Assembly: GCF_009914755.1 (NCBI RefSeq) | Contig: NC_060935.1 | Source: the human T2T-CHM13v2.0 reference genome, Homo sapiens | Reading direction: 5' to 3' (one strand) | Length of the DNA: 64,000 nt | Shown here: positions 14,597-28,266 of the stretch, in pieces | Layout: the number at the start of each line of letters is the position of its first letter | Position numbering within the stretch: position 1 is the stretch's first letter | The notes under the pieces: model-generated | What the model saw: only the letters and a program-made list of their open reading frames with translations | Told to the model about the DNA's origin: nothing | The model's database searches: none | Made by a program: the position numbers and the translations under genes

Positions 14597-15079
14597 AAAC
14601 AAATAAGAGGTCTATCCTTAAATTCTCACCAGGAATCATGGAAAAAAAACCTACCTCTTGTATACAAGTAGTATTTGTTTGAAAGGACTTTATGTCATGA
14701 TGTCACATACCCTCACTTCTATGTAGAATGACATCCTATGTTTCAATAAATTTTCATTTCATTTGAATATTTTAGGGGAGGGTAAATTATTATGTCAATG
14801 ACTGGGCTCCCTTATGATTCTAGAAATAGAAAGGGCAGTGCTATGATTCGGGCCTCAAAATCCCTGAGAAATTATAGCTTTTTTTTTTCTTGTTTTTCAT
14901 GGTGACAGCAATTGACCATAACTTGTGATTCTGTATGATATTCACAAGCTACAATTGCTAGGATAGAAAGACGAAAGAAAGGATATGAAGAAAAAGAGAA
15001 CGGGAAGAGAGAAGATGGGAAAGTTATTTTACAACACAGCAATAAGATACAGTATTATCTCTTCAAAGAATAGATTTAA

Positions 15080-16650
15080 AAAATCTATACAAGCCACAGC
15101 TAACATCACACTTCATGGCGAAAGACCGAATGCATTTCTGTTAATGTCAGGAACAAGACAAAAATGTCTGCTCTTGCCATTTCTAACATTATACTGAAGG
15201 TTCTAGCTGGTGCAATTAAGCAAGGAAAAAAGGCATCCATATTTGAAGGAAAGAAGCAAAACTCTCTCTTTTTGCATGTATATCTCGTATATAGAAAACT
15301 CTGAGGAATTCACTAGAAAACTGTGGCTTTAGCAAGGTTGCAGGATATAAGATTGGTCTATAAATAATTATATTTATGTACATTTGCAATGAACAATCCA
15401 AAAATGAAATTAAGAAGACAATTCATATGCAAAAGAATGAAATCAGAACCCTAACTCATACAACGTACAAATACTAACTCAACATGGATCAACCACCTAA
15501 ATGTAAGAGCTAAAATTATAAAACTCTTAGAAGAAAATATGATATAAATCTTCATGACTTTCATTAGGCAATGGTTTCTTAGATATGACACCAAAAGCAA
15601 AAATAACAAAAGAAAAAATACACACATTAGACTTCACCAAAATTAGAACCTTTTGTGTACAAAGAACACTATCAAGAAAATGAAGACAACCCACAGAGTG
15701 GGACAAAATATTGCAAAGCATATATATCTCATAAAGGTTTAATAACCCAACTATATAAAGAACTTCTGCAACTCAACAATAACAAGACAACCCAATTTAA
15801 AAATGGGCAAAGGATCTCAATAAACATTTCTCCAAATAATATATACAAATGGCCAATAAGCACATGAAAATATGCTCAATATCAACAGTCATTAAGGAAA
15901 TGAAAATCAAAACCAGCATGAGATACCACTTCGTACCAACTAAGATGGCTGTAATCAGAAAGACATATAATAACAAGGATATGGAGAAATTGGGACCCTC
16001 ATGCATTGTTGTGGAAATGTAAAATGGTGCAACCACTTTGGAAAACAGCCTGTCAGTTCCTCAAAATGTTAAGCATAGAGTTACTATATGACCCAACAAT
16101 CTCACTCCTAGGCATACAGCCAATGGAAATAAAAACATATGTCACAGAAAAGTTTGTACACAAATGCTCACAGCAGCATTATCCATAATAACTAAAAATT
16201 GGAAACAATTGAAATGTCCATCAACTGATAAATGAACAGATTAAATGTGGCATATCCATATAATGGAATATTATTTGGCAATAAGAAGAAATGAAGTACT
16301 TACACATTCTACAACACAAACACGTCTTGAAAACAATGTAAGTGAAAAAAGCAGCCACAAAAGACCACATGGTGTATAATTTCATTTATATAAAATAACC
16401 AGGATAGGCAAATCCATAGGGACAAAAAGTAGATTAGTGGTTGCCTATGTTGGGGTGGGAGGATGGGGAAATGGGAGGTGACTGTCAATGCATATAGGGT
16501 TTCTTTATGGAGTGATGAAATGCTCTAAAATTGATTGTGGTGATGGTTGAATAATTCTAAATATACTAAAAACCACTGGATTGTATTTTTTAAGTGGTTG
16601 AGTTACATTGTATGCAAATTTTATCTTATAAAGCTATTATTTTAAAAACA
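15080..16650 (+). mobile_element. Old LINE-1 3' fragment (L1MB-like) with internal deletion
   Basis: Decayed ORF2 RT/C-terminal sequence (tcaggaacaagacaa..., atgacccaacaatctcactcctagg) and an L1MB-type 3' UTR (gatgaaatgctctaaaattgattgtggtgatggttg...ataaagct). Confidence 0.85.
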
Positions 16651-17174
16651 TGTACACATGTATATGTGAGTAAATATTCTAATTTTGATGGCTAAATTTT
16701 AGTTATTAATTCTCTTCTATGTCTGTCACAACAATCCGTGTATTCATTAGATAATCCATGTTTCTATGACTACTGTCTTAGCTTCATAATGTGAAACAGA
16801 CTAGATATATTTTCTGATGAGCAGATACTTTTTATAAAATCCATCATTTTAGAACATTAATTTAAAAGGAAAAAACTTAAAGAAACAAAAACCACCTAAA
16901 CTATCTTGTTCTTCTTCATTGTAGTCATTACATCACCTTCATCAACACACTGCTTCTGCTAACCACTTGCAGCTTTACTCCCAGTGTTTAAATATATTTA
17001 CCATAAATCCATTTCATCAGAAATCACATTATTAACTTCAGCAATATATTTATAACAGTGCTCTACTGTCTGGTACCTTCATAATTTGTTTGCTACTGAA
17101 AGCCTAAATGTGTTAATTATAGTTAAATCCATGGCAACTGAGAGAACTTGATGTTTCCATCATTTTGTACCTAC

Positions 17175-17250
17175 CCCTTTCGAATCAATCACTCCAGGTT
17201 TGGCATTAAACTTCACTGTCTTCAATCGGGCACGTTCCTTTCTTTCCACC
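17175..17250 (-). CDS. DLG2: DLG2 internal coding exon (76 bp, phase 2-0) encoding the start of the HOOK region: (R)VERKERARLKTVKFNAKPGVIDSKG
   Basis: Missed by the ORF track. Minus strand reads tttgctttag|G GTG GAA AGA AAG GAA CGT GCC CGA TTG AAG ACA GTG AAG TTT AAT GCC AAA CCT GGA GTG ATT GAT TCG AAA GGG|gtaggt. It joins the 177-bp exon in frame (AG+G = Arg) and gives the expected DLG2 continuation. Confidence 0.96.
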
Positions 17251-17786
17251 CTAAAGCAAATTGAGAATAAAGAGTCTCTCACGTGACAAGGCATTTATGA
17301 CTAAGTTCCATATTAAGTGAAGAACATTTTTTCCTCCTATCCTTGAAGCTCAAATAAAATGTGTTCTAAAATATTTCTCTTCCTTTGTTCCATATAAAAA
17401 ATCTTGGTACAAAGTCTCTAAGTTTCTAACATGTCCCTTGAAATTACTCCGATACATATACTGAGAGTCACGTCATGGTATTTGTAAGCAACAGAGAGGT
17501 AGAAAAAATAATATTTGCTATTTAAATGCTTAAATAATTAAATCAAAATCTATTTCAAATCTCAGTTCATAAAGATGAACACCTATATTGGAGACTAAAC
17601 AAGTTTCTCCTCCCCTCTCCTCTTCTCTCCTCCCTTTTTCTTCTTTGTTTTTCCTTCTCTTCCCCTTAAGAACACTAGTGTATTTAGCTTCACTTTTTAA
17701 CCAAACATGTTATATATAATCTTGAGCTTTCCTTTTCCCCAATGTCCTTCTGTCATCTCTGCAGATTCATTGTTTTCCTGCTACCT

Positions 17787-18570
17787 CATTTATTCATTAA
17801 ACACTTAGTGACTGCCTACCATGTATCAAGCAAGGAGCTGGGGGACAAAGAAAAAATATTCTAAAAGCATGACTGCAATGAATTCTTAGCAAGAATGAAT
17901 TTGGCAAGAACAGTGGTGTAAACAAACACAGAAAATGCTGTAGAACAAGATGGCTGATATCAATGTGGGAGCACCTATCTCACTGGGAGGGTGCAAAGGA
18001 GGAGTAGAAAGCATTAGGATGGGCTTCTTGGAGGAAATATCAATGTATCTGAGATTGAAGGATTAGAAAGAGTTTGTCAGTAGGGAAATTTCAGGGGGAT
18101 TTTTCACAGAAGGAACAACACATTCCTCAACCTGAAGATATGAGTGAGCTACAAGATTGCAGAAAGATTCTAGTACAGGGTACATAGGGGATATATAGGA
18201 TAGGGCAGTGAGGCTAGCGAGGTGACAGACTCCTTATAATGGGTATTCATCCACATTAAGGACTTGAGTTTTTTTCCTTGGGAATCATCATAAGCTCTTA
18301 GAGGATATGAAGCAGTGAAGTGATAAAATCAGATCAGCATTTAAATAAACAACCCTGGTCGAGGTGGAAGATAGACTGAAGGAGGGAAGGAGCAGAAGGA
18401 AGCTGGGGGCCTATTTAGAAGCTGTTGCCATAGTCCAGGTGAGAAATAATGAGAAATGATAGTGGGGTGGAGAAGAGGGAAAGGCTTGAGAAATATTAGG
18501 AAAATAAAATTGGGTGGACTCCCGCCTGTTTGAAGGCCAGGGTTGAAAAAGTGGAAAATAATCTAAATAT
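17787..18570 (-). mobile_element. L2 LINE 3' fragment
   Basis: Reverse L2 tail (ttcattaaacacttagtgactgcctaccatgt) followed by purine-rich L2 body (gaagctgttgccatagtccaggtgaga). Confidence 0.7.
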
Positions 18571-19118
18571 TTCCTTGATTCTTCTGAGCCCCTCCAGTCA
18601 GACATGATTGCTCCTTTGTAACTGGAACAGTCTCCATGTCAGCACTACCTCTTGATTTCCTTGTGTTTACTTACATTTGCACTGCATATACAGGGTTGTA
18701 TGTACCTTAAGGTAAAAGCCCACTTATCACTTGATGGTGTTTTATAGCAAGTCCTCAATAAATAATTGTCCAGCAAAAATAATATTCATTGCATTGTTTT
18801 AACATGACTTCTTGTTTAAATATTGCTAGCTTTAAATTTAAAGATGTGGGGGAAAAAAGAGAAAGAAAAAACCCGAACCTACAGAAACTTAATAGTTTAT
18901 GGAGTCTAAGCTATTCATAGATCAATAATTAACAGCACACTCCTTTCTAACTGAGAGCTCTTTTGTGTTCCCAACTGAAACACAGTGAAGATCAGGGTTT
19001 CTATAGTTACAGAATGGAATTGCAGAATATATTTATTTCAGTGTGAGAGTAGAATATCTGAGTGGAAACAGCTGAACAAAATTTTTCAACTCTAACGTAA
19101 TATATTAAAACAATGTAA

Positions 19119-19447
<329 letters not shown>

Positions 19448-21997
19448 AAAACAATGTGTTCCACCAAGAGTTTCTACTTGCACCAGGCATACAACAGTTG
19501 GGGAGAAAGCAAGACAGATTTCAGATAAGATAAGCTGCCAAGTGGAAAATGCTCACTGATAAAATGCCTCCTTTGAGCTTCATCACTTCATCACCTTTTC
19601 TCGATTTTAATCCAAGGGCAAATGATAATTTATATTGATCTCTTTGTATTCGTCTAAAACTGTTGTTACAGCCCTAACTTTATTTCAGCTTCTTTGCATT
19701 AACTGGGCTATAGTCAATGCTTTGGCATCATTCAATGATGCCAAAATGGCTGTAGTATGCAGAGAATACATGGTTATTTGATCAGGGTATGCAAATAAAT
19801 TCTGCATAAACCCACAGAACTCACACAGGTTCCAAACATACAGAATGTCAGGAGGAACTCAGTATTCAACTCTCAGAACTGTTTGGACAGAGCATTCTAA
19901 TACTGTCCCCTGCCCTGCACCCCAACCCCATTTCTATGTTTATCCTTTTCAATTTTCTTGAGAAATGTCTCTGTTAGGAAGATTTTAATGGTTCATCCCT
20001 TAAATCTTAAAATGGTTGCAAAGAATATTAAGTCAGCCAGACACACACACAGACACACACACATACACTCACCTACCATTTGCTATAGTTTATTATTAAT
20101 CTTCAAATGGGTAATAGAGAAAGTAAAAAAAAAAAATTGAAGCCATATGGAGGTCACATACTTCCAGTTCACCCATGAAGGAAGTTGAAAAGCTTTGCTT
20201 CCTATTTGGGTTGAAAGTTTCATTAATAATAATATAAGTGGCTGCTGAAGTTGCAACATATAATTATTAATAAAGTTCCTTCACATTTACATCATCTCAT
20301 TTGGTCCCCACAACAACCTAAGGATTTAGGTATTATCAATCTCATTTTATAACTGAAGAAACTGAGACTTGAAGCTTGCCAGATCAGAAACTGGTAGAAA
20401 CAGAGCCTGAACATACATTCTCTGACAGCTAACTTCAGTGTCTGTCCACAGCCACTCAGTTTGGGAAACAGCATTCAGGTACCTCCCAAGCCTGCATTAT
20501 CCAAATTCTCAACAAACGTGAGATTTTTGGAGCAGCTTCCACAGTATGAAGGCACATACATATCCTTAGAAGTCTAGGCTGAGGTTTTCACAAATGATAA
20601 CCAATGTACCCTTGCATCCCCATCTCCCTAATGTCCTGAATGCTATGAATATTATTAATTATTAAATAAACCACAACCAAATTTAAGCATACAATCGAGT
20701 TAGTAGCATACCACAAGAAGTTGACCTCAAAATTCAGAATAAATTTACTTTAAACATGGAAATCTGCTTAGTTAAATCCCTATTTGAGTTGATCCATCTC
20801 CTCAGCACACCAGCAACCCTAATAGTGCATTCCCATCACAGAGGCTTGCAGTACTGCTTCTTGGGGTTCTCTGCAAACCTCTTTCCTTGAGAGGGAGGCT
20901 ATGTCTGTGGCTTAGCTTCCTCATCTGCCTCAGCCCTTTCCTCTCTCCTAGCTCTTTCTGGGATGCATGTGAATGATTTACTGTTGAAATGAGAGTTAAC
21001 TCTGGAAAATAGGGGTCTAAATAACGTGGTGTTTTTTTTTTTTTTCTGGCAACTAAAGCTCAAATTTTGAAAAATGGAAAACAGCTATTATTGGAATGTA
21101 CACTAAGTTTTAGAAACTGTGCTAAGCACTTCACCTATAATAGCTATAATCCAGGGGTTGACATGAGCTGGGTACATAGTAGATGCTTAATGAGACTTTG
21201 TTGAATGATTAAATAAATAAACTCTCAAGGGGGCTACTAGTTCTTTACCTAATTGTGAAAACAATCAGGTCAGGGAGTTTAAGTGAATTGCTGAACAACC
21301 AGTTTTTCCCATAAAAAGTGATTTGCCATTTCACAACTTACTTTCCCGGTAAGAATCTAGGTAAAAGTCTAGCATCACTTTTTCTTATTGTTTTACTGAG
21401 TAAGACTTCTTTGGCTAGTAAATATTAAGGTCCAAAGGCTTTCACCTAAAGAAATTGTGGACCACCTGAAGAGACAGACCAAATCTCAATGACAACAACT
21501 GCCTTCCTTCCCCACTCACACTTAGACTCAAGCAATTAATTAGATTGTTTGAGCAGAAATAATCCTCCCTGTCCAAGTCTCATCACTGACCAAAATACCA
21601 AAAACATAAATGGAATGGCAAAATTTGAGCAATCAATTCTGACATTTCACATCTCTAGAGAGCACCAAATGGCCATGCTTTAATAAGCCCAACTGTCTTC
21701 CTCTCCCTCTCTCCCATCTGGTATTTTTAGGTTCTGGCCAAACCCATAATTGGGTCAGGCTTGGAGCATTGGACAGTGGGAACATCATTTGTCCTTGGGA
21801 GTTCCTATCCCTATGCTCCACAGGTCCTGTTGGAGGGAGAATTAGAATGTCACCCACATTAGTGGCCACAGGCTTGCTGTGACAGCTAGGTGAGTAAACT
21901 CTTATATAATGCCAGCCATATGCTGCCATCTGAGAGCCCAAGTGACCAGTCACTAGGGAACAATGAATAATCTCTTTGGCTTAAGAGAGCATGGGAC

Positions 21998-22271
21998 AGC
22001 CAGGCGCGGTGGCTTATGCCTGTAATCCCAGCATTTTGGGAGGCCGAGGCGGGCAGATCACCAGAGATCAAGAGTTTGAGACCAGCCTGGCCAATGTGGT
22101 GAAATCTCGTCTCTCCTAAAAATACAAAAATTAGCCAGGCATGGTGGTGGGCATCTGTAATCCCAGCTACTCAGGAGGCTGAGGCAGGAGGATAGCTTGA
22201 ACCCGGGAGGTGGAGGTTGCAGTGAGTTGGGATTGTACTCCGGCCTAGGCAACGAAAGTGAGACTCTGTCT

Positions 22272-22304
<33 letters not shown>
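21998..22304 (+). mobile_element. AluS (Sq/Sx-like) with pure A32 tail, antisense to DLG2
   Basis: Full dimer with a small right-arm deletion; A-run 22273-22304. Confidence 0.93.
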
Positions 22305-22307
<3 letters not shown>

Positions 22308-22374
22308 AGAGAGATACCATGGAACAAAACCCAGCTTGGCCTCTTATACACTACATAATCTCAGAAAAGTGATT

Positions 22375-23645
22375 CTATGCTAAGAGTCCAGATTTTAAAG
22401 TCACACAAGCCTGGGTTTGAATTCTGCCTCTTCCACTTACTAGGTCTATAATTTAGGGTGGTCCTCAACCTCTTAGGATTTCAGATTTTGTGTTGATACA
22501 ATTAGAATAGTAGCGCAGACTTCAAAAATTTATAATGAATGTTAAATGAGATAATACAAGAAAATTGTTTAGCACAATGTCTGATCTATAGTAATAACTC
22601 ACTATACAAAAGGCTGCTACAAAGATGATTATGATAACGCTGCCCATAATGTCACTTCTCATTACTGGTCCCAGTTTCCTTACTTGTAAAAAGGAAGTAA
22701 TACAGGTACCCTACTTCAGGTGCTCACTGCCAAGTCAGTCCCTTTATGCTAGGTGGGAGCAAGACATGGACTTCCATTTTTCTCTCTTAAAAGACCCTGC
22801 CACCAGACTTGAGAGCTGTAGGGCCAAGAAGAGCCCCAAACCTTTGCAGTTGCTCATAGAGACATCAGAAAGGCATGTGTTTGAATCTAGGCTTAGCCCT
22901 CTGCTGCCACTGTAATTTTGGCAAGCTACTTGAATTATCTGACTTTCTATTTCCTTCCTTGGCATATGCTCCTAGGGTAGTTTGTTCCTGGTGTAGTGTA
23001 AAGCCATCTGGCTTTGCTATCAAAGAGACTGGTGTTTGGTCAGTGGCTGGCTGTGTATTTTTGGGTAAGTTACTCGACTTCTCTGATCCTCAGTTTCCTT
23101 ATGAGGTTTTTGTGTAGATTAAATTGAAATGATGTATTTGAAAGCACCTGGTGCAATACATGATCAGTGCTGTTATCAGATGGAATTCACTCTCTGTCTG
23201 CTGCCGTTTCACTTTCCTGGCCTTTACAATATAGCCTGCATTGCCCTAATCGCAGAGTAGCTGTGCCACAGTTACATGTTGGTCCCACAAGTGATGGGCT
23301 CCAGGTAGTGAACCAACAATAGTACGTGGCACTCAGATGCTGCCCAAGCAATGCTTGCTGAATTGAATTTTGCTAGCTCTTATTTTTGTATCTGTAGGGG
23401 GCAAGATTTCACATGTCTTAAGTGCAATTCTGTAGCCTGGATTCAAATTCCAGTTCTGCCACTTACTACACGGGCAATTTCAGGCACATTAATGAACCTC
23501 TCTGTGCCTCAATCTCCTCATTTGTAAAATAAGGATAATAACAGCAACTTACTCATAGGGTTCTAATGAGGTTTAAATAAATTAATAATTGTAAAGGGCT
23601 TACAACAGTGTCTAGCGTGCAATAGGAATGTTTTGTTCAATAAAA
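22375..23645 (+). mobile_element. Cluster of about four MIR fragments (approx. 22375-22605, 22850-22960, 22990-23165, 23430-23645)
   Basis: Repeated MIR cores, e.g. cctggattcaaattccagttctgccacttact...ctctgtgcctcaatctcctcatttgtaaaataaggataata. Confidence 0.7.
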
Positions 23646-24397
23646 TTTATTCACCATCTTCAGAAAAAAGGAGGGGGAAGGTGATAATATTCATACTCTT
23701 CATCTCATGGTTTCATTTGGGATGATTAAATGACATTATCAATAGAGAAACATTTTTGAAAAGGATATAAAGTCATACACTGATGTTATCCATTATAAGA
23801 TTTAAAAAATTTTCCAGATCAGCACTACTAGGTAAATTATACTCAAGAAACAGGCTAGAAAGAAATTAATGATTGAAAAATAACATCAACCTAATAAATG
23901 TACGTTTTTAAATTACATTAAAATAAGTACATGGGTACTCTTTGTGGGGTAGAATTGTAAGTGATTTTTATGTTTTTCTAAATGTTCCCACCTTTCTACA
24001 ATAAAAGGTATTACTTTTACAAATACTTAAAGGAATAAAAGTAACTATTTTGAAAATAATTAAAATCCTAAAAAGAAAATTTGGCAGAAATGTATTTACA
24101 GCTATACATTATATGTATATAATATATATTATATATATGAGGTGGAGCTACTGCACCCTTCATAAAAAGTAGAATGTAAATAAATATCAACCTTGCAGTC
24201 ACTAATCAAACTTATTTTCCAGGTCAGCTATACTCTGGTTGTTAAGATGGTTCTCTTCCAAAATAAGAGAGAAATAGCTAATTCAAGAATGATTACCAGC
24301 AGGTGGAAAATTATTCAGGAGGAATAGCATTGAGAATGTTCTTCTGGAGAAAAATGATGAGCTAATTGAACAAACAAATGACTTGATAAGATTGGTT

Positions 24398-24660
24398 AGA
24401 ATCATAGAACCTCAGGGTTGGAAAGAGTCAGAAAACTGTATAGTTCAACCCCTGTATCCAAAATTTGAATCCCTTTTCTATCTTCCCAGATAGTCCATGC
24501 CATCTTTAGGCAGCTCCAACTAGTGAGAGGATTTCTTTAAAATGACCTGACATCTATTTCCGCATAGCTTTCCTTCCTCCACCCCATTACTATCTTTGGG
24601 GCCATAATTCAACAAGATGGCTCTTTCTTCTAGAGAACAGCTCTTCAGACAGCTCAAAAT
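24398..24660. mobile_element. L3/CR1 fragment
   Basis: agaatcatagaacctcagggttggaaag...tagttcaacccc motif typical of CR1/L3 3' ends. Confidence 0.55.
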
Positions 24661-26148
24661 AATTAAATCAAAGCAAACCAAAATGCACGTTGTCTTGACA
24701 TTTTATTTGAAGTAAATGGAAATGGAGAGACCCGGAATATAAACAAGCCAGTGCTGAGTCAATGCTTTAAACATGTAACCTTTCAGAAAACACACACAGC
24801 CATTCTACAGTCAGAATGCCCTGGAAAAGCAATGTTAGGCAATTATCCAGGAGCCAAGAGGCTTAAAGAAACCCAGAGAACTCTGCTGGTGGGAGATCTA
24901 TAGGCACTGGCATGGGGGAGGGAGAGGCTCCCTGGAATTTCGGCACCTTCACTGTGACTCCTCCTGGCTAAAGGTAAGAGAACAGCTGAGGACCAGTGAG
25001 CCCTCTGCTTTCCATGTCCCATTCTTTCCCAGGCTGTGCGACCACAGGCAGAGAGAAGAGAGGATCAGTTGTCTCGGGAGCACAAATACCCCACAGAGTT
25101 ATTCTGAGGTTTAAGTTCCATCTCCCCATTATGGTTTGTACTAGCTCAATCACTTGATGTGTAGTAGCACTTGAATGCCCAGCTTCACTGGGAATATTTT
25201 ACAAAGGCATTTTGGGTGTTTGGAGATGAGGATCAAAGCCCTTTGAGAAATCTGCAGCTTGAGAAAAGCTAGTGCCTGCTTTTATTAAGCATAATTCCTG
25301 ACTGATTTTGTACTATATCTAGTCTCTGGGATACAGCCAATTTCTGTTTCTTGGACATCTTGGTGCCAAAGGGACATTTGTGAGAAGGAAAGTTCCTGTC
25401 TGGTGATGGATCTGCTGGGACAGATTAAGGAGTTGGCTGTTCTGAAGCACATTTCTGCTTTTCAAAAGCAGAGCTGAAGAAATGCTTGGAAGAGAAAGCA
25501 TGATACTCTTGATTTAGGAAACACTTACACAGAACTAAATATCTTGGTGGCTATTGGAAGTTGTGAGGTGGGGAACAAGAGTAAAGAAAACAGTAAAAAA
25601 AGAAAAAAAATTGTAAACCCAGTCCTTAGACCTCACCAGATGTTTGACAGCTCACATCCCAAGCACCTGAATTTGAGATGAAGGTTTTCCATTTTTTTCT
25701 GCTAATATTTGGAGATATCACACAGCCAGGACCTTAGCCTAGTAAATTGCCTACTTCATTTGCCTTCGACTTGGCCTTTCTATAACATTCATTGGTAAAT
25801 GTTGAAACTCTGGAAATAAATGGACTGAATTTGTAAGTCGGCATATGAGCTGATAAGCACAAGTTTGCACATGCACACACTGGTAAAAGTTTTAGGAACA
25901 CAGTGTAAGCTGATCCTCTTTCTTCCTTTATTTCTTGTCACAGTCACCAATTTTGGTAAAACCCTAATATAGGAAAAAGAGGATTTTTAATTCATGTCAC
26001 CTGTCACCACTGACAATTTTCCTGCAGATTGACTATCCCATTTAAATAAATTTAATTTTGTGAACAGTTTCTCCCACCTTCTTCTTCCCTCATCTCCACT
26101 CGCTGGATAGCTGACAAGCAAATATTCTAGTACAAAAGGCATTCTTAC

Positions 26149-26325
26149 CTCCTTTTGCTGGGGATGACCCCCATCTCCTCACTGTCTCCCTCCAGCATGA
26201 CTCTCCTGGCTTGCCACCACTCATCATCAGAGGCATTGATAACGTGGAGAATATCTCCATATTTAAAACTAAGTCCTTGACTTGGCAGCCCACTGTCCTT
26301 GCTCTTGTCGTAGTCGAACATGGCT
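26149..26325 (-). CDS. DLG2: DLG2 internal coding exon (177 bp, phase 2-2) encoding most of the SH3 domain: (R)[58 protein letters not shown](R)
   Basis: Translation matches the DLG2/PSD-93 SH3 sequence as I recall it (ALYDY-like [14 protein letters not shown]-x-IPS motifs). Minus-strand acceptor is cctaac(branch)...tgtcctttcctccag|AGCCATG and donor is AAAAGGAG|gtaaga. Confidence 0.97.
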
Positions 26326-27919
26326 CTGGAGGAAAGGACAAAAGAGGACATTGTTAGGAATCTCTGGCAGCACAGATTTAGGATTTATGGTTTCAAATGT
26401 TTGCTCTTGCTCTGAGAACCTATCATCACTTGATATCAACTCCCGGAATGATTCCCTGGATCACAGTCCACACTCTCACTGCTTTGGCAACACACTAAAG
26501 TTAGTTCTTGCTTCTTCTTGGAGGTTACAGGGGTGGCCTATAGATCCCCCAAACTGAGATCTGCTTCTTTTCTTGGAGACCATCAGATGTTAGAAGGTGA
26601 TAATAGAAGATAAGAAAGGTACTTTACTACCTAGTTGAGATTTTTTTCCCCTCCCATTACAATCAAATTTTTAAAATTACTAAAAAAAGTAAAATAATAA
26701 AGAGAAACATGGCTATATTTCTAAATGAAGCATTTTGTACTGTAAACAAATCATCTCAGATGTATCAGCCTGTAGAACTGTTTCTTTTATAATGGGAAAA
26801 AATGGTAACAAATGTCCACCCATAGTAGGTGGTGATTCCTCCACTCAATGAAATATTGGACCACCACTGCAACTGGATGAAGAGGTTAATGTAATCACCT
26901 GAATACATGCTTAAAATGCAGTAAATTAAAAAATCTATGCGTATGTGTGTGTATGGATAGACAAAAATCATATAAACAACACGACAAATATTTGTGCTTC
27001 CATACGATGCCTAGCTTACCTCATCATGGCACTTATCTGTGAATTACAATTGCTTTCTGTATCGTGCTGCCCCCACTAAAAAGCATTTGCTAAGCATTTG
27101 TTAAGGCCAATGCACTGTAATATGTATGAGTGGCAGCATGAGGGAGGTGGAATCAGAATCAAAATGATGAACCAGACCTTAGAAACTAGCTGTCATCATT
27201 AAGAGGTGAACATTTGCCACCACTCCTATATTGTCCACATCCTGCTGTATATCCCATTTTCAAAAATCACCACCCCACACATACAGCATATGACTTTCCC
27301 AGAGAAGCAGATTTCACTACCTGTCTATCTATTCCCCTTTGATTTCATTCTAAGAATTTCCTTAGAGTATAACCACTATGTATGCAAAACTAGCAAGATC
27401 TGGGGAACAGATTTTTCTAAAAAATTTGTTTTATTTTAGATTTTTCCACACTGAGGACCAAGTGTGGTTTCTTCTTCTTTTTTTTGCCCATCAAAGAAAT
27501 GTCACATCTGCTGCCATGGCAACAAGAAAGAGCTGAAGACAGCATCTAGAGCTCTCAAACACAGCAGGAAAAGTATAATTAATTGCAACGTAGTCCCTTC
27601 TTTCATTAACACTGTCTCCCAGAGATGGAATTTGGAGAGGGTTTCTTGGTCCAAGCTCCCGGAATGAATCATTTTCACCTTGACCACCCCTGCCAAAGGC
27701 TCAGACAAAGTACCAGTCAGGAACAGGGAGCTGGGGAAAGGCCAATGCCCACTCCTGAAGCTATCACTTCTTTGATCCTGTGATGTGACATATATTAGTT
27801 AACATTCTTGAGCCACAGGTTTTTTGATGCAAAATTAGTCTAGTAACAACATTCACCTAGATTTACTGTGATCCTTAATGAAATAACACATATGCAGCAT
27901 TAAGCCTATAGTATGTGCA

Positions 27920-28205
27920 GTCTAGTGTATTACAGTGTGGTTATGAATATGGACTACTGGGTCCATGTCCTGCTCCTACTATGTCTTAGTCTTACAGCTA
28001 GTCAGCTGGGCAAGTTACTTAGTCTCTTTCAGGCTTCAGTTTCCTCATATACAACATAGTGATAATGATGACAATGATGATAGCAATACCTCCATTATGG
28101 AGTTGCTGTATGGGTAAAATGTTACATAAGGTAATATATATAAAGCATGTACAAATGGACCTGGCACACAGTGACAAATAGTAAGTATGAACTAATGTTA
28201 TTATT
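27920..28205 (+). mobile_element. MIR SINE
   Basis: ctgggcaagttacttagtctctttcaggcttcagtttcctcatat...cctggcacacagt. Confidence 0.75.
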
Positions 28206-28266
28206 ATTATCTCCCTTTTTCCTTTTGGGTAGAGGCTAATACAAATCTTTTCTATAGATTCTACTC

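Noticed and set aside
16905-16960. YCAY cluster near the 76-bp exon (NOVA-like)
   Set aside because: It is on the + strand, whereas DLG2 pre-mRNA is the - strand.
26145-26351. 68-aa ORF as a stand-alone small SH3 protein
   Set aside because: It is the spliced DLG2 exon plus intronic flanks. The N-terminal MSSFVLSS is the polypyrimidine tract and the stop lies in the donor site.
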